Source: Sphyrna mokarran (lineage: Eukaryota). From it: DNA of 64,000 bases. The notes under the pieces were generated by a model. The model was not told the origin of the DNA and did no database searches. It worked only from the letters and a program-made list of their open reading frames with translations. This document shows positions 50,761-63,140 of this stretch, one piece after another. Where the stretch lies: contig JAGIQG010000014.1 of NCBI GenBank assembly GCA_024679065.1, positions 66,278,001-66,342,000 of the forward strand. Reading direction: 5' to 3'. Position numbers and translations under genes: made by a program. How positions within the stretch are numbered: position 1 is the first letter of the stretch; the number at the start of each line of letters is the position of its first letter.

Positions 50761-52236
50761 GGTGTCTGTACCTATCAGGCTTTACAACAGCTGTGAAAAC
50801 ATGAAACATGGATTGAAGGCGGGAAAGGTAACTAAAATGGTTTTTAATCTTTAACCAGTTCATTATGAAATGTTGTGGCATGAGTTTGTATCTGTGTTCA
50901 GTAAGATGAATTATGAATTATGGGATTACAAAGTGTCACTACCCATTAAACAATGTATTTGTCAGATTGTTACTTTTGCCAACTGGTAGAATGTCGAGTA
51001 AAAGATCAACATTATAAATATGAACATCTTCAGATGGGTTTGAAAATAATAATCTCATGGGGAAAAAGGTAGAGTACAATTCACAATATTGAAAGGGTAG
51101 GCAATTATGGTAACTAAGCATAAATGTTTAATATTTTTCCTGTTGTTTTTATGTAGTTGGTCTAGACGACTGCTAAAATAGAGGTTCTGAAGTCTGCTTG
51201 TTACTCTGGGAATTTTATGGGCTCTTAGCTGCCATCCAACATTCTAATCTGTTTACACATATCTCAGATTGTTTATATAACCAATATGAAGAGATCCTTT
51301 GTTTATCCAGGATGTTTAGTGACCTCTTGGTTGCAATCCACTAACTAATCCTTTAACAAGTGCTTTACATTGTTTGTGCAATTGTTTTGAAGAGTCTGTT
51401 CCTTTATTCAGGGAGTTTCAGAGACATTTAAATGGCATCTAACTGTTATAATACAGCTGTGTATTCAATTCATTAAGTGGATAGTGAGGGAAAGGCAAAA
51501 GGGAGTAAAGGCGAAGAAGCGAGTGTAAAAATAGGAACATACAAATTATGAGCAGGAGTAGGGGTGAGGGTGTGAATGACTAAGGAAGGACATGAGGGAG
51601 TGATAGTGAGGGTGTGAGTTTAAAAAAACGAGGAGCGTGAAGGCATGGAGTTGAGGATGGAGGTTTGGGTGGTAAGGCGCTGAATATAGGGGCGTTTAAT
51701 CTGGTCAGAAGATTCAAATGTATATAGATGAGGTGCTAAGTGCATCAGGAGCACTTGGCTGGGCTTTTATGGGAACAGAAATGGGCTTTTAATCTATCCA
51801 TTCTGCCTTGTCCTGCCTCCACTCCAGGCTACATAGGTATGAATCACTTAAAATCTTGCATCAAGAGATGGAGGATGGGTTGTTATACGGGATTAATGCC
51901 CTCTCTCTTGATTCCCACCTTGGGTATGAAAATATGGCTCCGTGTACTGAATACAAAATGATTCATTTGGTTGGTTCTGCATATGGCGCATTTTCTAATC
52001 TTACAGAGATCCTTTCTGAATTATGACACTCCTGATACCACATGCACATTAATAAGATAACACAGTAAGAGCAGTGATGAAAAGGTCGGTTAACAGCTTT
52101 CAGGAGACTTCAGCTGAATTTTGGGTCAACTGGATTTTGGGTGCTCAGGTGTTGGAAGATGGCCATACCTAAGTGAATAAATTGAACTTTTTTGTTTTCT
52201 ATTGCCTTGATTAACCTCTTTAAAAATACAATGATT

Positions 52237-52392
52237 ATCCAAAGATGTGTGAGTTACATTGATTGGCCATGCTAAGTTGATCCTAGTGTCAGGGGATTAT
52301 CAGGGTAAATATATGAGGCCTGGTGGGATTGTGGTTGGTGCAGACTCAATGGGCCAAATGGCCACCTTCTGCACTGTAGAGATTCTATGATT
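52237..52392 (+). mobile_element. HE1-like V-SINE 3' half
   Basis: tccaaagatgtg...gattggccatgctaag...gggccaaatggccaccttctgcactgtagagattctatga. Confidence 0.8.
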
Positions 52393-52645
52393 TAACCAAG
52401 ACCAGTAAAAGATTGCTTCCAATTCCAATCTTTTTCAGATGTGTAAGAATAAAATGATTAAAATAGTCTGATTATTATTTATAGAAAATGAAACACCTAC
52501 TACTCTACTTCTTTTTGAGGTATAGCATCACACCTTACAGTATATTTATAATTCTCACAGTAATTGCCTTTGTAAAATGAGGAGGTGGAATAGCTAACAC
52601 TATAAACAGTCCATTATTATTCTAAATGCTCCTGTATCATGGGTA

Positions 52646-52773
52646 CAACTAGCTTTCTATATTGGAAGACGAAGCTCAACAATTTTAACACATTAGGAAA
52701 GCTTATAATTATCAGTGCGTTAACATCACAGGCTCTGTAAGAACTTCCACCTCAGGCTGATCTCCTGTATAAG
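52646..52773. repeat. 128-bp direct repeat, copy 1
   Basis: gap-free match to 53851-53978, 9 mismatches by hand count. Confidence 0.9.
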
Positions 52774-53179
52774 TTAGTGATGCTTATGACCAGGTCCCCC
52801 TGATCCCTTTTCATTCTGTCAAGGATTTCCCAGGTACTACATGAAAGGAAATCAAATGGTGTGACTAATATTCTTCCTTGTGTCATTCAATCAGAGGAAG
52901 CATTTTTGACCAAGAGTTGGTTTGGCTTCCTAACTTGCAACCACCTTACTATACGATCATGCTGAATTCATACTCACAAGACAATCACCAGTTTGATTCC
53001 CTTGTGAAATCTTTGTGTTTACAATTGCATCTTATGAAACCAAATCCTACCTTTAGATTTGAATAAATACAAGACTATAATTGAGTCTCCTGATTCACTT
53101 TAAAAACAATGAGACAACGTGTTCTGTACAATTGGCTTTATACTTCTTTATGGTCTCATTGACATTTTCTTTGATAACA

Positions 53180-53620
53180 GCATAAGACCATAAGATATAG
53201 AAGCAGAATTTAGCCATTCAGCCCATTGAATCTGCTCCACCATTCGATCATGGCTGATATGTTTCTCAACCCCATTCTCCTGCCATTTCCCTGTAACTTT
53301 TGATCCTCTTATCAATCAAGACCCTATCTATCGCTATCTTAAGTACACTCAATAACCTGGCCTCCAGAGCTTTCTGTGGCAATGATTTCCATAGATTCAT
53401 CACCCTCTGGCTGAAAAAAATTCCTCCTTAACTAGGTTCTATAGGGCCCTCCCATTATTTTGAGGCTATGTCCTTGTATCTTAGACTCTCTTAATAATGG
53501 AAACTTCTTCGCTTCCTCTCTATCCAAGCCTTTCAATTTTCTGTAAGTCTCAATGAGATCCCCCTCATCATTCTAAACTCCAGTACAGATGCAGAGTCCT
53601 CAAACGCTCCTCATTTGTCA
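53180..53620 (-). mobile_element. CR1 LINE 3' end
   Basis: cataagaccataagatatagaagcagaatttagccattcagccc tail (reverse complement); EERLRTL remnant. Confidence 0.8.
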
Positions 53621-53850
53621 AAAGTATTCTCTGCGTTCTGGTATCCTTCATGATCTTAACATACCCTTCTACGCTAATGAAGCCATACACAGAATCCGAG
53701 TTTGCAGAAATTGTACTAACAGTGTGGGCCTCAGCACACGGTGATTTACTGGGATTTAAATCTCTCGAATAGGGCACCTTCACATCCTTTAGCAGGTGTG
53801 TTATATGTCAACTCTGGAGAGTCTAGACAGTAGAAAATAAACATAGCCAT

Positions 53851-53978
53851 CAACTGGCTTTCCATATTGGAAGGTGAAGCTCAACAATTTTAACACATTG
53901 GGAAAGCTTGTAATTATCAGTGCATTAACATCACAGGCTCTGTAAGAACTTCCACCTCTGGCTGATCTCCTGTGTAAG
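53851..53978. repeat. 128-bp direct repeat, copy 2
   Basis: offset 1205 nt from copy 1. Confidence 0.9.
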
Positions 53979-54429
53979 CCAGCAATTTTTTACAGGTGGA
54001 AGCGAAGCACCTGCAATACAGCCCAAGGCTAAGGCGATCTGCGCTGCCAAAGTCTGATGTCGAATTGTTCTTCATTTAAAGCAATAATGATAGATTGGCA
54101 AATGCTTATTGAGTCTTACATCACTATAGCCAAATCTCTGAATATTAGCCGCTGGTGTAGCTGATAATTTGTCACTGGTCAGAGACTTGAAATGTTAACT
54201 CTCTCTCTGTCTCTCTCTCCAGAGATGCTGCCTGACTTTCTCAATATATGCACCATTTTCTGTTTGTTCCTTAGGGGAACCAAAGCTGTAATAATGTTTG
54301 TTAGCCCTGCCAGTGCATGGACCCCAAGTTGTTATTCACTTGCACCACACTAAAAAAAAAGTAAGACTTATCCATTGAAAAAAGTTGTTTGCCACAGTAG
54401 TTAGATTCTCAGTCAAAATATTTTTTGTT

Positions 54430-55120
54430 CAAGCTCCAGTTCAGAGACTTGAGCACAATGTTTAGGCTAGCAAGTCAGTGACGTACTGAAGAAGAAATGC
54501 ACTGTCAGAGCTGTGGGTTTTTTTTTGGATAAGGCTTTAACAGAGGCCTTGTCTGCCTACTCTTGTGGATATAAAAGATCCCATGGCAGTATTTGGAAAA
54601 AGAGCATTGTCTGTGGTGGCCCAGCCAAGATTTATTACTTAGCTAATATCATTAACAAAAAAAAGATTATCTGATGATTATTACATTGTTGCTTGTAGGA
54701 TCTTGTTGTGCACGCAATGGCTGAAAACCTTCTAACATGACGCTTCAAAAAGTGGGTTGAAAAGTGCTTTGGAACAACTTGAGGGTTTGAAAGCCTCTTT
54801 ACTGAGGGAATGCTGCATTGTCAAAAGTGATGTCTTTTGAATACAGCATTACATTGAGACACGTTTCAGAATGACCCCATGGTAATCTTGAAGAAAAACA
54901 AGGAGTCTTCCTGTCATTCTGACCAGGACAATGCAATTCCCAACAACATTGGTGAAAACCATCATGGTCATTTACTATATTTGCTGTTATTGCATCCTCC
55001 CATGTATAAATTCGCCTACTTAACGATATCTATAATTCATAAGTATTTGAAATAAGTAATTGGTTGGTTGATGAATGGTTTGGGATGTCCTAAGGATACG
55101 AAGGTCATAATATGGATGTT
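54430..55120 (+). mobile_element. two tandem DeuSINE/SacSINE-like elements
   Basis: taaaagatcccatggcagtatttggaaaaagagc...gattatctgatgattattacattg...gatcttgttgtgcac (Deu domain); second, more decayed copy from about 54800. Confidence 0.7.
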
Positions 55121-56683
55121 TTTTTTAAAGCCTTGGTAAAGGTACACCAATCCTCTTATCCTATTCTGTGATGCATGTTCCCAGGATACCTTTCCCAGGT
55201 TAAACTCCTCGCTGACACAATGATAATCAGACATGGTTGGGAATGGTAATGTCCATCACTGGTAGAGAGTCCCAAGTTAATAAAAACCTTGCTTATCCTG
55301 AATTTAGCATACTGTGCAGTTTCATTTCTTGTTTTGGCAAACACAACTTTCAACGATAATGAATTTCTCCAACGTGCCATATAAATTGTCTGCTGCATTG
55401 AAGAATAGTGTGAAAGTGAAATCTGGATTATAAATGTAGAAATATACCTGCAATTAATATAGCCGAGTAACAGCAGTTCATAAAATGCACCGTATGTTGG
55501 TGCGCATAGTAAATTATAAAATTTATGACACTAGAGATTTTGGAACTACAGATTAATTCCAGGTTATTTCAGAGAGTACAGTAGTAGTAAAGCTGGAATG
55601 TAACCAATTTCATACAATGTTTCCTTTTTACATTCAATTACTACTTACATAATATACTGTCTTACTCACGCTCACAATAGACACTCTGAAATATGTACTA
55701 GTCAGGTTAAGATAGAATATCTGTGCAAAGTATAATCTTTAAGATTATACTAAGAGTCATTTTACCATATAGTAACTTACTGTGGACCTCACTAAAAAAT
55801 CAACCAACTAATCTCTACTTTTCCTCATATTTACCATTTCCCCAAATTCCTTCTCCCCATCCTACCCTAAATCGCAGTGCTGAAGCTTTCTTTTAAACAA
55901 ATGTCAAATGTTCTGCTCACCATGCCAAATTAATAATGAATGGACAAAAGGCCTTAATGACACAATATGTCTGCGTATTATTCTTTGATCCCTGGAACAT
56001 TAGTTAGAACCCAGCTCTATTGAAAGTGCAAATGTTTCTCATTCTATATTTCAGTGTGATGTGTGGACTATTTAGATTATCTAGTGGTCACTAAACTAGG
56101 AACTATTCAAAACCAATTGGTACTTGGCGTCCCTTTGTTTTAATTATACTCAGATTTTAAAAAGTTAATTCTTAAAGGAAACTCTTCAGCAACAACTTTT
56201 GAGTCTTTTCCTTTGTTTTTTCACGAAGATTACATTTCTCCCCTACATCCGTGGCTAAATAAGGAAGTCAAGGGTTGTATCAAATTGAAAGTGATACTGC
56301 ATAAATTTGAAAAGAATAGTGATAGGTCAGAAGAGTTTAAGAATATAATTGAATGACTAAAATTAATAAAAAAGGAGAAAATAGAGCGTGAGAGAAAGAT
56401 GCTAAGAATATAGTAATAGTTAGTAAGAAGTTATAAAAATATTTAAATAGGAAAAGAACAACCAACCAAAGCTGTTGTTTGTTCTCCAGAAAGTGAGACT
56501 GGGGAATTAACAAAGGGAAACAAAGAAATGACAGATGTGTTGAACAGATATTTTGTGTTAGTCTCACTCTAGAAAACTCAAAAAACTTCCCAAAGATATT
56601 TGAAAATCAAGAGGTGAAAGGGAGCAGAAGATTAAAACAATCACTATTACCAGGGAAAAGATGCTGGGAAAATTATTAAACTT

Positions 56684-57560
56684 AGAACATAGAACAATAC
56701 AGCACAAACAGGCCCTTCGGCCCACGAGTTGCGCCGATCACATCTACCAATCCACAGACCTATCTATAACCCCCTATCCTATTCTTTTCCATATACTCAT
56801 CCAGGAGTCTCTTAAAAGACCCCAGTGAGTTTGCCTCAACAACCTCTGACGGCAGTCGGTTCCATTCACTCACCGCCCTCTGAGTGAAAAACCTACCCCT
56901 GACATCTCCTTTGTATTTGCTTCCCTGCACCTTAAATCTGTGTCCTCTCATAGTGACCATTTCAGCTCGAGGAAATAGTCTCTGAGAGTCCACCCTATCT
57001 ATTCCTCTCAACATTTTATAAACCTCTATCAGGTCGCCTCGCAACCTACGTCTCTCCAGTGAGAAGAGTCCCAGCTCCCTCAACCTATCTTCATAAGGCC
57101 TGCCTCCCAATCCAGGCAGCATCCTTGTAAATCTCCTCTGAACTCTCTCAAAAGCCTCTACATCCTTCCTATAATGAGGCGACCAGAACTGCGCACAATA
57201 CTCCAACTGGGGTCTGACAAGAGTCTTATAGAGCTGCATCATTACCTCCTGACTCCTAAACTCTATTCCTTGATTAATGAAGGCCAGTACGCCGTACGCC
57301 TTCTTGACCACTTCCTCCACCTGCGAGGCCGATTTAAGAGTCCTATGACCCGGACCCCGAGATCCTTCTGCTCTACAACACAGCTAAGACTCCTACCCCT
57401 TATATTGTACTCCTTCATCCCATTATTCCTGCCAAAATGGACTACTACACATTCATCTGCGTTGAAGTCCATCTGCCACTTCTCCGCCCAGTCTTGCGTC
57501 CTGACTATGTCCCGCTGCAACTTTTGGCATCCCTCCAGACCATCCACAACACCACCGAAC
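56684..57560 (-). mobile_element. young 5'-truncated CR1 (HER1-like) LINE
   Basis: ORFs 57263..57574 and 56760..57320 encode the ORF2 C-terminus with one frameshift; (TGTTCTA)n tail; AACTTA at both junctions. Confidence 0.92.
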
Positions 57561-57707
57561 TTAAAAACAGACAAGTCCCCAGGACTAGATGGCCTGCATT
57601 CTATAATCTTAAAATAAGTGGCTGCAGAGATAATAAAGGCATTGGTGATAATATGCCAAAATGCATTAGATTTGGAAGAGCCCCAATGATTGAAAAGTAA
57701 CTAATCC

Positions 57708-58169
57708 TTTACAAGGATGTTGCCTGGATTGGAAGGCATGCCTTATGAAGACAGGTTGAGGGAGCTGGGACTGTTCTCCCTGGAGAGACGAAGGTTGAGA
57801 GGTGACCTGATAGAGGTTTATAAGATGTTGAGAGGAATAGATAGAGTGGATTCTCGGAGGCTATTTCCCAGGGCTGAAATGGTCGCGACGAGAGGACACA
57901 GATTTAAGGTGCAGGGAAGCAAGTACAGAGGGGATGCTAGGGGAAAGTTTTTCACTCAGAGGGTGGTGAGTGAATGGAATCGGCTGCCGTCGGTGGTGGT
58001 CGAGGCGAACTCGCTGGGGTCTTTTAAAAGACTTCTGGATGAGTATATGGGATCCAATGGGATTGGGGGTTATAGATAGGTCTATGGCTGGGTAGGTTTT
58101 GATGTGTTCGGCACAACTTGTGGGCCAAAGAGCCTGTTTGTGCTGTAGTGTTCTATGTTCTATGTTCTA
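57708..58169 (+). mobile_element. young 5'-truncated CR1 (HER1-like) LINE
   Basis: ORF 57717..58079 uninterrupted, 107/120 aa identical to the minus-strand copy; tgttctatgttctatgttcta tail; CTAAT at both junctions. Confidence 0.92.
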
Positions 58170-58181
58170 ATGCGTTTTTAA

Positions 58182-58476
58182 TTTTTTTAATGAGTCACAA
58201 GTAGGCTTACATTAACAATCCAATAATGTTCATGTGAAAATCCCCTATTTGCCACACACTGGCACCTGTTTGGGTACACTGAGGGAGAATTTAGCATGGC
58301 TGATACACTGAACCAGCATGTTTTTTGGACTTGGGAGGAAATCAAAGCACCCAAAGGAAACCACACTGACATGGGGAGAATGTGCAGTCTCCACACAGAC
58401 AGTGACCCAGGCCAGGAATTGAACCTGGGTCCCTGACACTGTGATAGCAGTGCTAACCACTATGCCACCATGCTGC
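58182..58476 (-). mobile_element. V-SINE with alternative 3' tail
   Basis: reverse complement of gcagcatggtggcatagtggttagcactgc...V domain...ggattttcacatgaacattattgg. Confidence 0.85.
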
Positions 58477-59564
58477 TCCTTTATTCAAGAAAAAGGGGAA
58501 ACAAAACCAGGAAAAGATAGCTCAATTAACCTAACATCTATCATCGTGAAGTGCTCATATCCATTGTTAAGGAGATTCGAGCAGAATGCTGAGAAAATCA
58601 GAATGGAATCACACAGAACTCCATATGGCTTTGTGAAAGAGAAATCATGTTTAATTAACTTATTAAATTTTTTCTGCAAAAGTAACAAGAGCGATGAATA
58701 AAGGGGAATCTGAGGTATGTTGCCCCTGGATTTCCTAAAGGCATCTGAAAAGTTGCCGCACCAAAAGATTATTACACAAGATAAGAACACATAGAGTAGG
58801 AGGTATGGATAAAGGATTGGTTAACTAACAGGAAACAAAGGGTTTGGCTTTTAAGATAAAGATGAGGAGAATTTTTTTCTTTGAGGGTTGTTAGAATCTG
58901 GGAGGGGAGGAGCGGGGGGCATAAAGAAAAATGGTGCTGAGACCACAATCAGATGATCCATGATCTTTTCAAATGGTGGAACAAGCTCAAAGGACCAAAT
59001 AGTTTACTCCCATGTTCCCTGTTCTCTTCTGTGTACTCCTCTGCAGTGAACTTGTACCTTTAGTGTACTGTTTGTTATTGTGTCTTCAGCAACTTGAAGG
59101 GGATAAAAAAAAAACTGCACTGTACAGTATTTAATTGCTTTAAAATTACAGAGAATAGAGCCAACACTTCGCATCTAGGTGACCCTTTGTCGGAGCTGAG
59201 GATCTGGGTGTCCTTATGCGTGAGTCTCGGAAAGCTGGTATGCAGGTAATAAGGAAAGCAAATGGAATTTTGGCATTTATATCTAAGGGAACAGAATATA
59301 AAAGTAAGGACATGTTACTGCAACAATACAAGGCATTGGTGATACAACACCTGGAGTACAGTGCATAATTTTGCCCTCTTTATGTGAGGAAGGATGTAAA
59401 GGCATTAAATACAGATCAGAAGAGATTCACCAGATAGATTGCAGAGATAAGGAGTTTGTCTTATGAAGAAGGATTCCACAGTTTAAGCCTATACTCTTTA
59501 AAATTTAGAAGAATGAGAGGAAATATAATTGAGGTGGTTAAAAAGTATTGACAAAGTAGATGTA

Positions 59565-60309
59565 GGGGGCAATTCTCCCAGCCTGCTGGCCTGCTCAAGT
59601 AGAACAGCGAGTCAGGAGACATCGTGGAGGCTGTTTTGTGGGTTTCCCACTGAGCATCATTTCCTCTGCACGTCTCTAAGACTAAGTTTTGTCATGTAAT
59701 CAGCTCCATGCTGGAAATCAGCGCAGAGCTGGTTATCATCTAGAAATCTCCATTTTCAAATGATTAGCAGCCCTGGGACTGGGCCCACCAGTGTGTCTGT
59801 CCCTCCAGCCCCTGCCAGGAGTGGTTCTCTCCAGCAGGGTTTACTCCTGTTCCCCATTAAGATGGCAGAGCTTGACACTCTGATTCAGCTCAAGAGGCAA
59901 ACTAGCACTGCCTACTGGGCATCAGGCGTGCCAAGGGAATGGAGCCAGTGAGGGGGGCGGGGCAAAGGGGTGCTGGAGCTACTGGGGGAGGGGGCGATTG
60001 TGTGGTGGGGGGACCCGCTGCCACTCTGCCAGAAGATCAACAGAGCTGGTCATTAGGATTGTGGGGTAGAGATGGCCGGGGGTGGGGGGCACTGCATATG
60101 CACCAATCTCTGCGCTGACAGACAGGTACATGCACAGTGGCCCACTTAGTGCTGTGCTGCCTGCTTTCCAGAATGAATCACATTAGGGCACGCTGCAGTA
60201 CTTAGAGTGTTGGAGACTTATTCTGAAAATCACACTAAAAAAAACAGCAGGATTAACTCCTATTTTTATGCATGTTGGGAACTTAGAATTTCTTTGGGAG
60301 AATCCCAGC
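59565..60309. mobile_element. 745-bp non-autonomous DNA transposon (MITE-like) with TA duplication
   Basis: gatgTA|gggggcaattctccca ... tgggagaatcccagc|TAgagtggatg; removing it restores a CR1-like gtagatgtagagtggatg. Confidence 0.7.
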
Positions 60310-61101
60310 TAGAGTGGATGCTTCCTCTTGTAGGGCAATCTAAAGTGAGAGGTTATTGTTTAGAATAAGCAGTAGTAGATTTAAAACAGAGATGAGGGGA
60401 GATTACTTCTCTCAAAGAGTCGAGAATCTGTCAAATTCACTACCCCAGAATGCAGTTGGTGCTGGGACATTGAGTAAATTTAAGGAGGAGATAAACAGAT
60501 TTTTAATTAATAATGACTTGAAAGGTTATGGTGAACGGGCAGGAAAGTGGAATTCAGGCTCAGATATGATTGTACTTAATGTTGGATTGACTGAAAGGTC
60601 AAATTGATATGTTCATATCTATACATATGGATGAATACTACACCATATACTTTATGCATACATGACATGTAGTTACCATTAAATATAGTAATATCTGCAA
60701 CATAAAATGGTGGATTGTATTTATTGTTTTGTAATCAAGCCAAGCATTTGATTCTTTTGTACAGACACTTATTTATAGTGAATGAAGATACCTTGTAATT
60801 AGAGAGAGCTTCAAAGTTATAGCTGCAAGTCAGACTTTGATTTCATTTTGTATGGAATGGCTTCAGCTCTCAGACAGAAGAGACTTTCATCTTCCTTACC
60901 AGTCTGGGTGGAATTTCAACTCAATTCCATTGAAGAAGCCCTTATGCCATTGCCTTTCTGCCAGTGACACTTGGGAAACCTGTTGGTTTATTTAAAACAG
61001 ACAATGTAATCCCAAAAAGTAAGGGGTCAGTGTGTAAACTATCGCACCATCCTCTTTTTTAAAATGAGCCTCTTTGTTATTTTAGTGAGGATTCCGTGGG
61101 G

Positions 61102-61119
61102 GTTGCCATAGAAACCAAT
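61102..61119. promoter_or_regulatory. RFX X-box overlapping a CCAAT box
   Basis: GTTGCCATAGAAAC (61102-61115) fits the X-box consensus GTNRCC(N0-3)RGYAAC with one mismatch; CCAAT at 61115-61119. Confidence 0.45.
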
Positions 61120-62705
61120 CCATCTCGGCGCAGAAAATTGAGTAATTGTCAAGCATCACGCTTGTATGTGGGTGAAGATTAATAACAAAATATAGCAGAC
61201 ATCTGAAAATTCTGGAAACATGCACTTGGTCTGAATTCATCAGGATGAGAATGATAGATTAACATTTTCTCAGAACATTGCTCATCACATTGCTAAAGCC
61301 ATGACAAAAGAATTGAAGCAGACAAAAATTTACCTCACACAAACATAAATCTAGTAATGAAGTCAAAACTTCATCTCTTTAATCTATGTAGAATAGAATT
61401 TCCATCACTATTTCAGTATAATCCTTCTTAGCATGGGTGGTTTGCAAGGAAATGTTATCCTCAGAACGCAACTTCTGTAAACTCTGCCCGAAATAGATAA
61501 TTTACTGATTTTTGGTCCAAAACTCTAAACAAAAACAGAATGCAGTATAACAGGACACAGTGTTCAGGGAAAACAGATCTAAAAATGCGATATTTTCCAG
61601 GTGACAGGAGCAGGATGATTATATTCGGAGAACCAAATGTTAAAAGCCATGGAACGTTTTGTGGTTGGATCAGGAATTACTTAAATATTATGCTTGGATG
61701 AGGATTTCTGTACATTGGGGATGATTGGGAAGTGGCTTACTGCCCTAGAACTGTATGGTTGGCTTATAATTATGTTTGGATCAGGTACTCATTTGCCTGG
61801 AGTTAATGTAGGATATTCCAGGTGGTACCACATAAGAAATTATATAGCCCATTGAATCTTACAGGAGCTTACTAATCTCAGTGCTATTAGACACTATACT
61901 CATTTGCCAGACTCCTTTCTGGTGCTTAAAGTTTCTTTTTTTTTAATTAATGGGAACATTTCTTACCATTTTCTATCCACTTTCCTCCCACCTTCCTTTT
62001 CTGGGGCCATCAGCCGCAGGCTGTGACGTAATTTTGACAGCTATCACCTCACTCTTTTGGCCTACAAGTCAGTGTTGGCTTGTTATCCAGCTGCAGAAGA
62101 CATTATATCATGACCTGAACTTGTTTGTGTCTCATCTCCATAAAAGGATAGATTTTGTGTGATAGTGCAAAATTTGTGAATATATGATAAAGAATTGGCA
62201 GCCCATCTCTCCCGATTTTTTATTCCCATTGATCTTTCCTGTGGACTTTTCCGCAGGGGTTCCACGTGGGAAAATAACCAGAACCAGAAACTCTGGATAT
62301 TTATTTCATTTTTATTGCAGTTTATCTGTATGCAAGTTTGCTAAATTGTTCTCCTCACTCTGGTAATTGATAACTTTCTGAAGTGCATTTTCAGGCTGGC
62401 TCGACATTGGGCCTGATTTTACCATTTTCATTCTAAGTGCTGAATCTGGGCGCAATCCCGATCCGACTTGGAAATCTGCTTTCAGGTGTCCTCATATGCA
62501 TTCAGCCTGAAAAGAAAAATCGCGTTTTCCATTGGCGCTGTGGGCGGAGCTTAGCGCGCCTGAAACGATCGGAGCTCTGAACTGTGCATGCACAGTTAGA
62601 AGAAAAATTGAAAAGATGCGCGCCCGTGTCAGATCGCTCCCAGGCTGCAGAAAGTGGAGAAAGCAGCCCGGAAGAAAAAGCGGGAGCGATGGTCCCCACA
62701 GACAT

Positions 62706-63140
62706 CACTGTCCAGTTCTGGTCACCTTATTAGCGGAAGGGCATGGAGAGTCTGGAGAGAGTGCAGAGGAGGTTTACCAGGATGCTGCCTGGTATGGAAG
62801 GTCTGAGTTACGAGGAGAGGTTAGGCAAATTGGGACTATTTTCCTTAGAAAGATGTAGACTTAGAGGAGATCTAATAGAGGTGTACACTGAAGGGTATAG
62901 TTAGAGTAAACAGGGTTAAGCTTTTTCCTAGGATGGACTCGAATAGCACGAGGGGTCACGGGCTTAGGGTGAGGGGGGTAAGGTATAATTTGGATGCTAG
63001 AGGGAGTTTTTTTCACACAGAGGGTGGTGGGGGTATGGAATGCGCTGCCAAGTAAAGTAGTGGAGGCAGGTACTCTGGAGTTATTTAAGAGATGGGCACA
63101 TGAACAGAATGGGAATGGAGGGGTATAGAAAGCTGATTTA
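62706..63140 (+). mobile_element. CR1 LINE 3' fragment inside a GC-rich MITE-like element (left end about 62410)
   Basis: ccagttctggtcaccttatt...gagagtgcagaggaggtttaccaggatgctgcctgg...tggaatgcgctgcc. Confidence 0.8.

Larger units (their letters stand above)
56240..60610 (+). mobile_element. old CR1 LINE split by at least four younger insertions
   Basis: collinear CR1 ORF2 remnants at 56240-56683, 57560-57705, 58477-58850, 59200-59564 and 60310-60610 (KTDKSPGLDGLH, GFVKEKSCLINLLNFF, YFSQRVENL). Confidence 0.75.

Noticed and set aside
52646-52773. snoRNA pair interpretation of the 128-bp duplication
   Set aside because: No terminal ACA box or properly placed C (RUGAUGA) and D boxes on either strand
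55665-55795. Two possible micro-exons (11 nt and 16 nt) on the minus strand
   Set aside because: AG...GTRAGT pairs this short arise by chance in AT-rich DNA; joining them gave no recognisable protein
56760-57320. 186-aa ORF as a host gene
   Set aside because: It is the C-terminus of CR1 ORF2 in a 5'-truncated, frameshifted copy lacking the RT core
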